The position numbers and the translations under genes are program-made. A DNA stretch of 63,970 bases, filler included, from Octopus bimaculoides (lineage: Eukaryota), in assembly GCF_001194135.2 (NCBI RefSeq). It is 4 parts of 4 records of this genome, joined end to end, with 100 filler letters (N's around TTAATTAATTAA, not from the genome) between each part and the next. Parts side by side here need not be neighbours in the genome. Positions count along the whole stretch, not along the records: positions 53,105 to 59,812 come from NC_069005.1; positions 59,913 to 63,970 come from NC_068998.1; 2 more parts are not named here. One strand, given 5' to 3'. The notes beneath the pieces were generated by a model. That model made no database searches. It worked only from the letters and a program-made list of their open reading frames with translations, and was not told the origin of the DNA. This document shows positions 53,133 through 63,970 of the stretch, one piece after another. Position 1 is the first letter of the stretch. Each line of letters starts with the position of its first letter.

Positions 53133-53177
53133 CGAACGCCGACGAAGGGAAATAACCCTGAAATCCGGATACGTTCG
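53133..53177 (+). ncRNA. Minimal type I hammerhead ribozyme (U4C variant)
   Basis: CGAACG-CCGACGA-AGGG-AAATAA-CCCT-GAAA-TCCGGA-T-A-CGTTCG: perfect 6-bp helix I, 4-bp helix II, palindromic helix III and AUA cleavage triplet. The only core deviation is CCGA for CUGA. Confidence 0.75.
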
Positions 53178-53381
53178 TGCTGCTGGTCGAGGTGAGAGGG
53201 ATAACTCCCTTGGCAAACAGGACACAGTCGTGTGTCGATAAGCCAGCTGGAGGAGATGTCCTCCTGGGGCTAAAAGCAACAGTAACATCCACCCCTAGGG
53301 GTCAGCCACACTTAAGTGGCAATATACTACACTTTATCGTGCAGTTACTGTTAATACTTCATATAGAGAATTAACATTGCT

Positions 53382-53419
<38 letters not shown>

Positions 53420-53708
53420 TATATATATACCCTTTTGCTCTCCTCCGGGACTTCGCCAGACGTACTTCTGCTCTCACAGGACAGACACACATATATCTAT
53501 AATTATACTTGTATTGGATTATTTTAAACATTATTTAACTCAATTCTGTTTCAACAACCAGCGCACAATTCATCCTATCCTCTCTCTGTCTCTGCCTCTG
53601 TCTGTCTGTCTGTTTGTCTCTTTCTCTCTCTCTCTTCCTCTCTCTCACACACACATTCACACGCATACAGCAGACTAATACATTTAGGAGCGCCATTGTT
53701 CCAAAATG

Positions 53709-53750
53709 AACATGAAGCTTATTTAACATGAAGCTTATTTAACATGAAGC
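53709..53750. repeat. 16-bp tandem repeat AACATGAAGCTTATTT x2.6
   Basis: Directly visible. Confidence 0.9.
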
Positions 53751-54052
53751 TCTGATAAGGAAAGGAGAAAAATATTTAATGAAATAAATTTAAGCTGAGT
53801 ATAATGGTGTCGTTAGTATAACACAGACCCACATACGAACGTACACACACAAAGACACAAACACACACACATACAAAGACACACACACATGCATATACAC
53901 AAACACATATATATAAGCGCATAACGTTCATACACTCACACAGACAGACACACACACACATAGCCACTACACATTCACACACTCACCCAGACACACACCT
54001 ACGCATGCACACACACATATATATAAGCACTATACATTCATACACACATACG

Positions 54053-54114
<62 letters not shown>

Positions 54115-54596
54115 NNNNNNNNNNNNNNNNNNNNNNNNNNNNNNNNNNNNNNNNNNNNNNNNNNNNNNNNNNNNNNNNNNNNNNNNNNNNNNNNNNNNNN
54201 NNNNNNNNNNNNNNNNNNNNNNNNNNNNNNNNNNNNNNNNNNNNNNNNNNNNNNNNNNNNNNNNNNNNNNNNNNNNNNNNNNNNNNNNNNNNNNNNNNNN
54301 NNNNNNNNNNNNNNNNNNNNNNNNNNNNNNNNNNNNNNNNNNNNNNNNNNNNNNNNNNNNNNNNNNNNNNNNNNNNNNNNNNNNNNNNNNNNNNNNNNNN
54401 NNNNNNNNNNNNNNNNNNNNNNNNNNNNNNNNNNNNNNNNNNNNNNNNNNNNNNNNNNNNNNNNNNNNNNNNNNNNNNNNNNNNNNNNNNNNNNNNNNNN
54501 NNNNNNNNNNNNNNNNNNNNNNNNNNNNNNNNNNNNNNNNNNNNNNNNNNNNNNNNNNNNNNNNNNNNNNNNNNNNNNNNNNNNNNNNNNNNNNNN

Positions 54597-54647
<51 letters not shown>

Positions 54648-54684
54648 ACACACACTCACACACACATATATGTGTGTACATACA

Positions 54685-54732
54685 TACGACGGGCTTCTTT
54701 CAGTTTCCGTCTACCAAATCCACTCAAAAGGG
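54685..54732 (-). mobile_element. SINE fragment
   Basis: Reverse complement gagtggatttggtagacggaaactgaaagaagcccgtcg matches the other SINE copies. Confidence 0.75.
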
Positions 54733-56059
54733 TCTATCTGTCTGTCTGTTTGTCTGTCTATCCATCTAGATGTTTGTGCACGTCGGTACGCGCATGTGTT
54801 AAATCTATTTACAGTTTTACGTACGAAAATATTGAAGTATTCGGTAAGTGCATGCAAGATATTGCGTAGAAGATGCTTTGTTATGCACACGCGCGCGCGC
54901 GCGCGTACGTACGTAGATATATATATATATGCAAAGAATCCGCGTAGTTATTCGTCCCCATTACATTTGCAGATTAACACTTCACACCCACAGACGAAGA
55001 CTAAAACCCATTCGTTGTTAAATACATCCGGATGCAGCCATAGGTTTCGCTCTTGATAGGTTTATGTGTGTGCGTGTGTGTGTGTTTATGTATGTGTGTG
55101 TGTAGACTTGTGTGTGTGTGTGTGTGTGTATATATGTGTGTGTATGTGGATGTATGTAGGTTTGTGTGTGTATGTGTGTGCATGTATGTGTGTGTGTGAG
55201 TGTAGGTTTGTGTGTGTGTGTGTGCATGGAGATGTGTGTGGGTGTGTGTGCTTGAATTTCTTCTATAGTTTTGCTCCGATCTCCTTCATTATAGTTCTGT
55301 CACTCGTTCTCTCTCTCTCCCTCTTTCCACACACACACACACACACACACAAACGTCTATATATNNNNNNNNNNNNNNNNNNNNNNNNNNNNNNNNNNNN
55401 NNNNNNNNNNNNNNNNNNNNNNNNNNNNNNNNNNNNNNNNNNNNNNNNNNNNNNNNNNNNNNNNNNNNNNNNNNNNNNNNNNNNNNNNNNNNNNNNNNNN
55501 NNNNNNNNNNNNNNNNNNNNNNNNNNNNNNNNNNNNNNNNNNNNNNNNNNNNNNNNNNNNNNNNNNNNNNNNNNNNNNNNNNNNNNNNNNNNNNNNNNNN
55601 NNNNNNNNNNNNNNNNNNNNNNNNNNNNNNNNNNNNNNNNNNNNNNNNNNNNNNNNNNNNNNNNNNNNNNNNNNNNNNNNNNNNNNNNNNNNNNNNNNNN
55701 NNNNNNNNNNNNNNNNNNNNNNNNNNNNNGGTAGGGTGGGGTGGGGGTCGATGAAATAAGTATCGATGAGTAGCGGGCTTGATGGAATTGCCTTATCTTT
55801 TCATGTACGTATTTATGCATATACATACATGCATTAGTACACACATACATACATACAGACAGACAGACAGAAAGACAAACAAGCAGAAAGACAAACAGAC
55901 AGAGATACAGACAGAAAGACAAACAGACAAACAGGCAAACAGACAAACAGACAGACCTTATATTCGCAATTACATTTGAGCACAGACGGAGATATTCAAA
56001 CGTTAGTAATCTTTGTAAGGTACTGCGTAATACTGGCATCTTCCACAGCTGCTAATATC

Positions 56060-56086
56060 GCCATTACCACCACCACCACCACCACA

Positions 56087-56117
<31 letters not shown>

Positions 56118-56455
56118 CCGTCATCTTCATCATCATCCTCCGCCTTATCATAATCGGCGTTTTCATCATCATCACCACCACCACCACCACCATAATGATC
56201 ATCATCATCATCACCACCACCACTACCACTACAATCATCATAATCGTCATCATCATCAACATCACCATAACCACCACTGCCACCACCACCACTACAATCA
56301 TTATCACCATTACCATCACGACCATCACCACCACCACCACCACCTTCATCATCATCATCGTCATCACCACCATCATTATCGTCATCATAACCACTACCGC
56401 TACAATCATTATTACCACCACTACCACCACCACCACCATCACTACCACTTATTCT
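56060..56455. repeat. Compound (CAC/CAT/CAA)n trinucleotide array
   Basis: Directly visible; it generates the Thr/Ile-, Val/Met- and Gly/Asp-rich ORFs. Confidence 0.9.
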
Positions 56456-56575
56456 AGTACTTATTCTATCGGTCTCTTTTGTCGGACCGCTATTGTTACG
56501 GGGACGTAAACACACCAGTATCGGTTGTCAAGCGATGTTGGTGGGGGGGGGACAAACACAGACACACAAGCATAT
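56455..56575 (-). mobile_element. SINE 3' body fragment
   Basis: Reverse complement gtgtctgtgtttgtcccc..atcgcttgacaaccgat..gtttacgtccccgtaac..aaaagagaccgatagaataagtactag, which I recall as a common octopus SINE tail. Confidence 0.6.
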
Positions 56576-57529
56576 ACATATGTGGTGGTTGTGGTGGTGG
56601 TGGTGTTGTAGATGATAATGATGATGATGATGATGATGACAAAGATGATGGTGGTGGTGGTGGTGGTGGTGGTGGTGTAGAGCGTAAGAGAAGGTGAGAA
56701 TGAAGAAGCAGTATTTATTATTCTGTCGGATGGAGAGAACATCCCCAGGGAAATCAAATATGGCTGCATTAGTAGGAGACGATTTAGGGGTGGCTGGGTA
56801 GAGATAGATGCATGTGTGCATGTGTGTGTGTGTGTGTGTGTATGTGTGAATGTATATATATACATATATACATACATAAAGACACATGCTTTCATATACA
56901 CTCACAAACTAATACACAGACATACACATCTATGTATATGTATATGTGTGTGTATATATATATTATATATTATATATATTATATATATATACATATATAT
57001 ATATATAATATATATATATGTATATATATGTATATATATACATATATATGTATATATANNNNNNNNNNNNNNNNNNNNNNNNNNNNNNNNNNNNNNNNNN
57101 NNNNNNNNNNNNNNNNNNNNNNNNNNNNNNNNNNNNNNNNNNNNNNNNNNNNNNNNNNNNNNNNNNNNNNNNNNNNNNNNNNNNNNNNNNNNNNNNNNNN
57201 NNNNNNNNNNNNNNNNNNNNNNNNNNNNNNNNNNNNNNNNNNNNNNNNNNNNNNNNNNNNNNNNNNNNNNNNNNNNNNNNNNNNNNNNNNNNNNNNNNNN
57301 NNNNNNNNNNNNNNNNNNNNNNNNNNNNNNNNNNNNNNNNNNNNNNNNNNNCGTATTCTTGCCCCACCCCGCCGCCTCCTGGTGGTCACGTTTTTTTTTC
57401 TATTTTCAATGAATTTTGTTGAAAAAAAATTTTAAGTTTCTTTGACAAATGACAGCATTCATTAGTGATAGAGATGGTGGTGAGTGTGGGTGACTGAGTG
57501 TGAGTGTGAGTGGTTGTGTTTCACTGTTG

Positions 57530-57740
57530 TGAAGGCATTTGGCTCAGTGGCTTCGGCTCCCGATCGTAAGGTCGTGAGTTCGATTCCCAGCGACGCGTTG
57601 TGTCCTTGAGCAAGACACTTTATTTCACGTAGCACCACTCCACTCACCTGGCAAAAATGAGTTACACCTGTAATTCAAAGGGGGCCAGCCGTGTCACGTT
57701 GTGTGTCACGCTGAATCTCTCCTAAGGACTACATTAAATA
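57530..57740 (+). mobile_element. Second tRNA-derived SINE family
   Basis: A-box-like tggctcagtgg and B-box-like gagttcgattcc, followed by the gcgttgtgtccttgagcaagacactt central domain. Confidence 0.7.
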
Positions 57741-58002
57741 TACGCCAGTCTGCGGAGTTTTCAGCCACTTTTGTACGTTGACTTCACAAACAGGCTGTTT
57801 GGGTAATTGGACCAACTGGAATACACATCGTCGAAACCGACGGAGAACCTTTCTCTCCTGTCCTTTCTTTCTCTCTCGCCTTCTCTCCCGCTATCACTCT
57901 CACGCTCCCTACACGGCTCACACTCAATCGAACACATTCACAATCATCACTCACTCTTTCACTCAACCACCTCACACTACCACTCAATCACATAACAGTC
58001 CA

Positions 58003-58054
<52 letters not shown>

Positions 58055-58247
58055 TAGTTGTTGTTGTTTTTCTTCTTCTTGTTGTTAGTGGATAGTCACG
58101 GTTGGATTAAAGTCATTCGTGGATGTTTGCTCGGCCAGGAGTGACCTTGGGACGAAGCAACAACAATAACAACAACAACAACAACAACAACACCATCGCA
58201 GGCAGGCAATGAACGGCCAAGAAAAACAAAACTGGAGATGACTCCCG

Positions 58248-58506
58248 CGAAGAAGAAGAAGAAGAAGAAGAAGAAGAAGAAGAAGAAGAAGAAGAAGAAG
58301 AAGAAGAAGAAGAAGGAGGAGGGGGAGGAGGAGAAAGAAGAAACAAGAAGAAGAAGAAGAAGAAGAACAAGAAAGAAGAAAGAAGAAGAAGAAGAAGAAG
58401 AAGAAAGAAGAAAGAAGAAGAAGAAGAAGAAGAAGAAGAAAGAAGAAGAAGAAGAAGAAGAAAGAAGAAGAAGAAGAAGAAGAAGAAGAAGAAGAAGAAG
58501 AAGAAC

Positions 58507-58546
<40 letters not shown>
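58248..58546. repeat. (GAA)n followed by (ATT)n microsatellites
   Basis: Directly visible. Confidence 0.95.
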
Positions 58547-58964
58547 AAATGAAAAAAGCAGAACAAAAGAAAAGAATAAAAACAAAAGCTGAAGGTTGTG
58601 ACGCAGAAACACCTTTTTAAGAAAGATTGGAGAGAATCGAAAGAAGGGGGAGAGAAAATATGGCCAAGAAAGTTTAAAGTTGTTAACAGACGACGCACAA
58701 ACATAAGAGCATTCATATAGATATCCATATATGGTCAACGGCCGAGAAGGAACAATGCACCGATTTATATATGTGTATATATATATATATATATACATAC
58801 ATATATATATACATGTATATAATATATATGGAGATATCTCCTTATATATATGTGCTTGTGTGTGTATGTATGTTTATATNNNNNNNNNNNNNNNNNNNNN
58901 NNNNNNNNNNNNNNNNNNNNNNNNNNNNNNNNNNNNNNNNNNNNNNNNNNNNNNNNNNNNNNNN

Positions 58965-59013
<49 letters not shown>

Positions 59014-59333
59014 TGTATGCGTGTGTATATATATATATATATGTATATATATATTTGTATACATACATATATCTGTATGTACATGCATGTGTGTGTGTGT
59101 GTGGGGGGGGGTATTCATCTTCAGCCGAGACGCAGTTAAATTCTGTGGAATGAAAAACCCTTGATACGGAGTGATGCCAAAGATGAGGAATAACAATGAT
59201 ACGTAACAATAATTCCGTCAAAGACTCAAAGACCTCGGAAGATGGCACTTCGCACCAGGAATGAGTTTCATGTTTTATATCTGGTCGCTCTAATTACTAG
59301 AAATAGCAGCTAAATCTTTCTGAAATGACATCA

Positions 59334-59367
<34 letters not shown>

Positions 59368-59439
59368 CGGCCGCAGTAACAACATCAACAGCTACAATGA
59401 CACCGACAACAACTAGAACAACAACCACGCTACTATAGG

Positions 59440-59572
59440 CGCAGGCGTGGCTGTGTGGTAAGAAGTTTGTTTCCCAATCACATGGTTCCGGGTTCAGTCT
59501 TCTACTATATCATCGGACCGACCAAAGCCTTGTGAGTGGATTTGGTAGGCGGAAACTGAAACAAGCCTATCT
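59440..59572 (+). mobile_element. tRNA-derived SINE, internally deleted
   Basis: ggcgcaggcgtggctgtgtggtaagaag..ggttccgggttcagtc|ttctactata..accaaagccttgtgagtggatttggtag. Confidence 0.8.
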
Positions 59573-59629
59573 ATCTATTTGCATGTTTGTTTTCTTCTTC
59601 CATCTTTCGCTAATTCCCCTTTTTCTCCT

Positions 59630-59808
59630 CTTTCTTCCTTCACCCTGATGCTTGTATTAGAAACTATAGTGCAAATCCTTTTTGCTAGATTGAAGGGAGC
59701 ATTCATTCTAGTGTGTCCTGGGTGGGATGAGTTGAACGGTAGATATCGCTTGGAGTCCGTGAGCTTATAGTACTTATCTGTTTCTATTTTGTTGTTGGAT
59801 TTCTTCAT
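59630..59808 (-). mobile_element. Penelope-like element fragment (same group as 28385-29330)
   Basis: KSNNKIETDKYYKLTDSKRYLPFNSSHPGHTRMNAPFNLAKRICTIVSN. Confidence 0.85.
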
Positions 59809-59812
59809 AAAT

Positions 59813-59912
59813 NNNNNNNNNNNNNNNNNNNNNNNNNNNNNNNNNNNNNNNNNNNNTTAATTAATTAANNNNNNNNNNNNNNNNNNNNNNNNNNNNNNNN
59901 NNNNNNNNNNNN
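59813..59912. other. Artificial 100-bp scaffold-joining spacer
   Basis: N44-TTAATTAATTAA-N44. Confidence 0.92.
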
Positions 59913-60047
59913 TGACTTTAGCAATTGTTTCTACCATTTGAGACTGAATTATAGATTAGCAATAATTTTTTTTGTTTTTAATTAGTACTATTACTTATCA
60001 TTACTTAATTGTTGCAGAAATAATGTTAAACATCGACGGTTTCTAAC

Positions 60048-60225
60048 CTCACAAAATAAACGATAATTGTTGAAGTTATGATCAAGATACGACATACATG
60101 GTTTCGGATGCTGATTGACAGTGTCTTGTCTAAGACCGTTTCGTCTGAAGCAGTGTCCAGCTGGCTTAACAGAGTAGCAATGAATCATTGTGTCACTTAT
60201 CAAGTCACAATGATACAAAGTAAGT
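60048..60225 (-). CDS. Candidate exon B of the same unidentified gene (second copy starts at 61316 and runs into a gap)
   Basis: ttaattcaacag|A acceptor, phase-compatible with exon A; (E)LTLYHCDLISDTMIHCYSVKPAGHCFRRNGLRQDTVNQHPKPCMSYLDHNFNNYRLFCE. The 3' boundary is uncertain. Confidence 0.4.
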
Positions 60226-61765
60226 CTGTTGAATTAACGCATGCATTGATGGATTTGCGGTTTCAAAATAAGGCTATAACTAACTCAGTCTCACAAAATA
60301 AGTCAGTATGAAGTTGGCCACGACTATGCAATTACTAAGTAAAGTCTGTAGCACAGATCACAATGAAAAGGTGGATGAGACAGGAACTCTTCGTGTATCA
60401 TACATGAAGTCACTTACTCCCCCTTGGCTGCTGTAGCTGCCAAGGAAATATTACCTTTATATACTTGTTGCTTTGTTCATTAGGTTCAAACAAAAATGCT
60501 TCCAATCTCTGGGAATAACATCACTAAACACAGTTAAATTTCCTTTCGTCTATGTGCGTATTGTAAGTTTAGGGCATGTAATGATTTGAGACAAAAAATA
60601 TTCAATCTCAAAAAAGAAAGAAAATATACCAATGGCCGCAGATGGTCACACTTGATGGCCTGGAAGGCTACAGCTTCCCCATCTCTGTGCTGGATCATGA
60701 GGTCTGTCTTAGTGGTTTTCTACAACATGTGATATGTGTAGGCTTGTTTAAATGATATATGTTTATAAACATAAAGGATATAAACTACATTCATTTTTAT
60801 ATCTTATCCATTTAATGCAGTTAGAGGATATAAATTTGTATTTAATAACCAAGCTTCCTTTAGATTAAATGAAACACTAATGTTTTTGGTGGAAGAATAT
60901 ACTAAGCAAATTATTTTAGTGAACTGAGGACCAAATGCAATGTTACCACTTTTCGGTTCATGACTTAGTTTGCCAAGACGACTTGCTGTTGTGAAGGAGT
61001 CTGTACAGTGTTTCTCGATCTGCTGGGAAAAACAGACAAATGAAGATGGTATTTACTATTTCAAATTAATATTACTGTTTTTCCTTTCTTTCTCATGAAT
61101 GAATTCTCTCTCTAAAATGAAGAATATATTGGGAAGAATATATAGTGCTAGACAAACTTGTTCTTCAAAAAAAAAAAAAANNNNNNNNNNNNNNNNNNNN
61201 NNNNNNNNNNNNNNNNNNNNNNNNNNNNNNNNNNNNNNNNNNNNNNNNNNNNNNNNNNNNNNNNNNNNNNNNNNNNNNNNGTGTCACTTATCAAGTCACA
61301 ATGATACAAAGTAAGTCTGTAGAATTAACGCACGCATTGATGGATTTGCGGTTTCAAATAAGGCTATAACTAACTCAGTCTCACAAAATAAGTTAGTATG
61401 AAGTTGGCCTAAGTAATGTCCGTAGCACAGATCACAATGGAAAGGTGGACGAGACAGGAACACATCGTGTATCATCGTATGCCACTTACTCCCACTTGGC
61501 TGCTGTAGCTGCCAAAGAAATATTACCTTTATATACTTGTTGCTTTGAGTTTAAATTCATTGGGTTCAAAGAAAAGTGCTTCCAATCTTTGGGAGTGACA
61601 CCACTAAACACCGTTAACTTTTCTTTCGTCTAAGTGCGTATTGTAAGTTTAGGGCGTATAATGATTTTGGACAAAAAATATTCAATCTCAAAAAAGAAAG
61701 AAATATACCAATGGCCGCAGACGGTCGCACTTAATGGCCCAGAAGGCCGCAGGTCCTCCATCTCT
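60190..61765. repeat. Tandem segmental duplication (60190-60690 vs 61281-61765)
   Basis: Co-linear and highly similar but not identical (scattered substitutions and indels); period ~1.1 kb. Confidence 0.92.
61490..61629 (-). CDS. Candidate internal exon A (open copy) of an unidentified gene
   Basis: gcacttag|ACG acceptor and TGG GA|gtaagt donor; 140 nt; TKEKLTVFSGVTPKDWKHFSLNPMNLNSKQQVYKGNISLAATAAKW. Confidence 0.45.
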
Positions 61766-63461
61766 GGTTTAGAATCTTACTTCAAGCATACACATATACT
61801 ATTGCAGCGATGAATAAATAAATAGATATTAAAAAATTAAGNNNNNNNNNNNNNNNNNNNNNNNNNNNNNNNNNNNNNNNNNNNNNNNNNNNNNNNNNNN
61901 NNNNNNNNNNNNNNNNNNNNNNNNNNNNNNNNNNNNNNNNNNNNNNNNNNNNNNNNNNNNNNNNNNNNNNNNNNNNNNNNNNNNNNNNNNNNNNNNNNNN
62001 NNNNNNNNNNNNNNNNNNNNNNNNNNNNNNNNNNNNNNNNNNNNNNNNNNNNNNNNNNNNNNNNNNNNNNNNNNNNNNNNNNNNNNNNNNNNNNNNNNNN
62101 NNNNNNNNNNNNNNNNNNNNNNNNNNNNNNNNNNNNNNNNNNNNNNNNNNNNNNNNNNNNNNNNNNNNNNNNNNNNNNNNNNNNNNNNNNNNNAGCAAAG
62201 CATAATTTGAAGATGATTTTACTGCTACATCTAGCAGGCCGGGCGACTACGTAGAGATTCCCTAATTGACTCAGTTCTTGTTGATGTGGTAGTGGTGGCG
62301 TGTTGAGGGTGGTGACCATAGCAGTTTCTTTAATATGAACACTCAAAATAAGAAAGAATGAATTTATTGAGGCGTGAAAAGAAGGCGTGAGGGCTAAGAG
62401 TTGGAGTGGGAGGAGTTTGTTTAGGTATACAAAATGCAGCAGGGAAGGCGAAAGAGGAAGCCTAAAGAATGTCAGCTTTTATAACTCGGCTGATGGAGCC
62501 AATCAGGCAGCCTATACACGATCGCTTGGTAGGCTAGAAATAACAGTCATATCTCCTTCAAGTCACAGCCCTATTGTCTATGGAAGGACACGTTGGATAA
62601 GTTTACTGTACATAATAAAATAACGAATGTTGGTGGCTGGAATAACGTTTAATCATAGGTCAGTTGGATCAGTGCTCAGGGTTAAACAACAGCACGGCTG
62701 ATGGAAAGAGAGAAGGGAGAAACCGAAAGAAAGTGTTGCTAATAATTGATCAATTGAGGAGAGAGATAAAAGTATGAAAAGGGGGAGGAGGAGACAATGA
62801 GTGGTTTAAAGAGAAAGAAAGGGGGTTGCTGCTCTTTTGTCTATTCGATTGAGTTGTGGAGAGAGTGGAAAGAAGAGCGGACGATGTAGGACTATGAAAG
62901 TGTAGAGTGTATGGTAAAGGAGGGCAGTAACGGAAGGCGAGGAAAGGAGGCGGGCTTCGGTGCATCGCATCTCGGGAAAAGGGTGGGATATCAGTGGGTC
63001 ATGGTGGAGGCGAACGAATAGAAAACACTGAAGGATAGAAAGAGAGAGAGAGAGAGAGAGGGGAAGGTGGAACTGGTTTAACGAGAGGAGTGAGTGTGTA
63101 TGTGTGTGTGTGCATGTGTGAGTGAGTGCGTGTGGGGTGTGTGCGTGGGGTGTTAGCATTGGTGGTTAATGAGCTGAGATGCCAGTTATGACAAAAACAA
63201 CAACAACAACAAAAAAAAAAGCACTAGTGATGATAAACTGGTACAACTTTAAAACGTTACTATGACAGCCACCATCCTCACCATTGTCACCGTGGTTGCC
63301 ACTGTCGTAACTGTCATCCCAATCATTATCATTGGATCAATCAACATCGTTGTCATCGTCGTCGTCGTCGTCGTCATCACCATCATCATCTTCACTGCAG
63401 CACTAATACCACCGCTGCAACACCATCACAACCAACGCGGCAGTCTCTATGTAGCTATTGG

Positions 63462-63625
63462 ACATGCTAGAAATAGCAGATGAATCTCCCTCAAAACGCA
63501 CCGCACCCTTGACAAGGAATGCACGGACGCATTTAAATAACGTAGTCCTAGATTTCCCTAAAATGACAAACGGAGACGACGAGAAAATCCTTTACCGTAC
63601 ACTTATTGGATCGTTTAGAACTGAA
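63462..63625 (+). mobile_element. Dispersed SINE-like repeat fragment (related pieces at ~46165-46230 and ~62530-62600)
   Basis: Shared gctagaaatarcag..atctcc(c/t)tcaa block. Confidence 0.5.
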
Positions 63626-63833
63626 GACCTCAACAGCAACAACAACAGCAACAACAACAACAACAACAACAACAAAGACAATAACAGAATTAACAACAAT
63701 AACAAAAATAAATTCAATAACAACGACAGTAACAACTGTCGTTTCATTAGTTGAGAAGCATATTCAAATCTCAACACCAGGCAATTAAGATTTCATCACT
63801 TCAGCTCAATAACTAATTTTGTAAAGCATACAG

Positions 63834-63970
63834 TATGTATGTATGTATGTGTGTGTGTATGTATGTATGTATGTATGTATGTGTGTATGTATGTATGTAT
63901 GCATATATGTATGTATGTATGTATGTGTGTATGCATGTATGTATGTGTGTATGTATGTATGTATGTATGT
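63834..63970. repeat. (GTAT)n/(GT)n microsatellite
   Basis: Directly visible. Confidence 0.95.

Noticed and set aside
55976-56901. Long Thr/Ile-, Gly/Asp- and His-rich ORFs (mucin-like or histidine-rich proteins)
   Set aside because: They are pure trinucleotide microsatellite, open in several frames on both strands.
57530-57610. tRNA gene (also the SINE heads at 6940-6999, 42570-42640 and 59440-59500)
   Set aside because: A/B-box-like motifs continue into SINE bodies and no complete cloverleaf is formed.
58085-58798. Poly-K/E/R and poly-F/S/L ORFs
   Set aside because: Translations of (GAA)n and (ATT)n arrays.
52176-61629. Linking the IAH1 exon to the 60-61.6 kb exon cassette as one gene
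   Set aside because: They are separated by two artificial scaffold joins, and the peptides are not SGNH-like.
1690-62346. Long ORFs containing X runs, and HT/YI/CV dipeptide ORFs
   Set aside because: Artefacts of N gaps and (CA)n/(TA)n repeats.

Overview
AT-rich eukaryotic genomic DNA, dense in microsatellites and transposon remnants. The SINE/LINE families resemble those I associate with octopus (coleoid cephalopod) genomes; this is an inference. The window is not one continuous locus: three identical 100-bp spacers (N44-TTAATTAATTAA-N44) divide it into four assembly pieces (1-23477, 23578-53004, 53105-59812, 59913-63970). Most of it is degraded mobile DNA: a mariner, a Chapaev-3-like CMC transposon, a hAT, a Helitron, CR1, RTE, RTE-X and R4/Dong LINEs, two kinds of Penelope-like element, a Ty3/Gypsy, and SINEs/MITEs. 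The only host gene I recognise is one minus-strand IAH1-like exon (52176-52294). Several other exon-like segments cannot be identified. Highlights: minimal hammerhead ribozyme motifs with palindromic helix III (best at 53133-53177), an RTE-X insertion with a 5' inversion and TSD (twin-priming signature), and a tandemly duplicated, splice-phase-compatible exon pair at 60-61.6 kb. Most ORFs in the supplied track are microsatellite or N-gap artefacts. No database searches were run; family assignments come from recognising motifs by eye.
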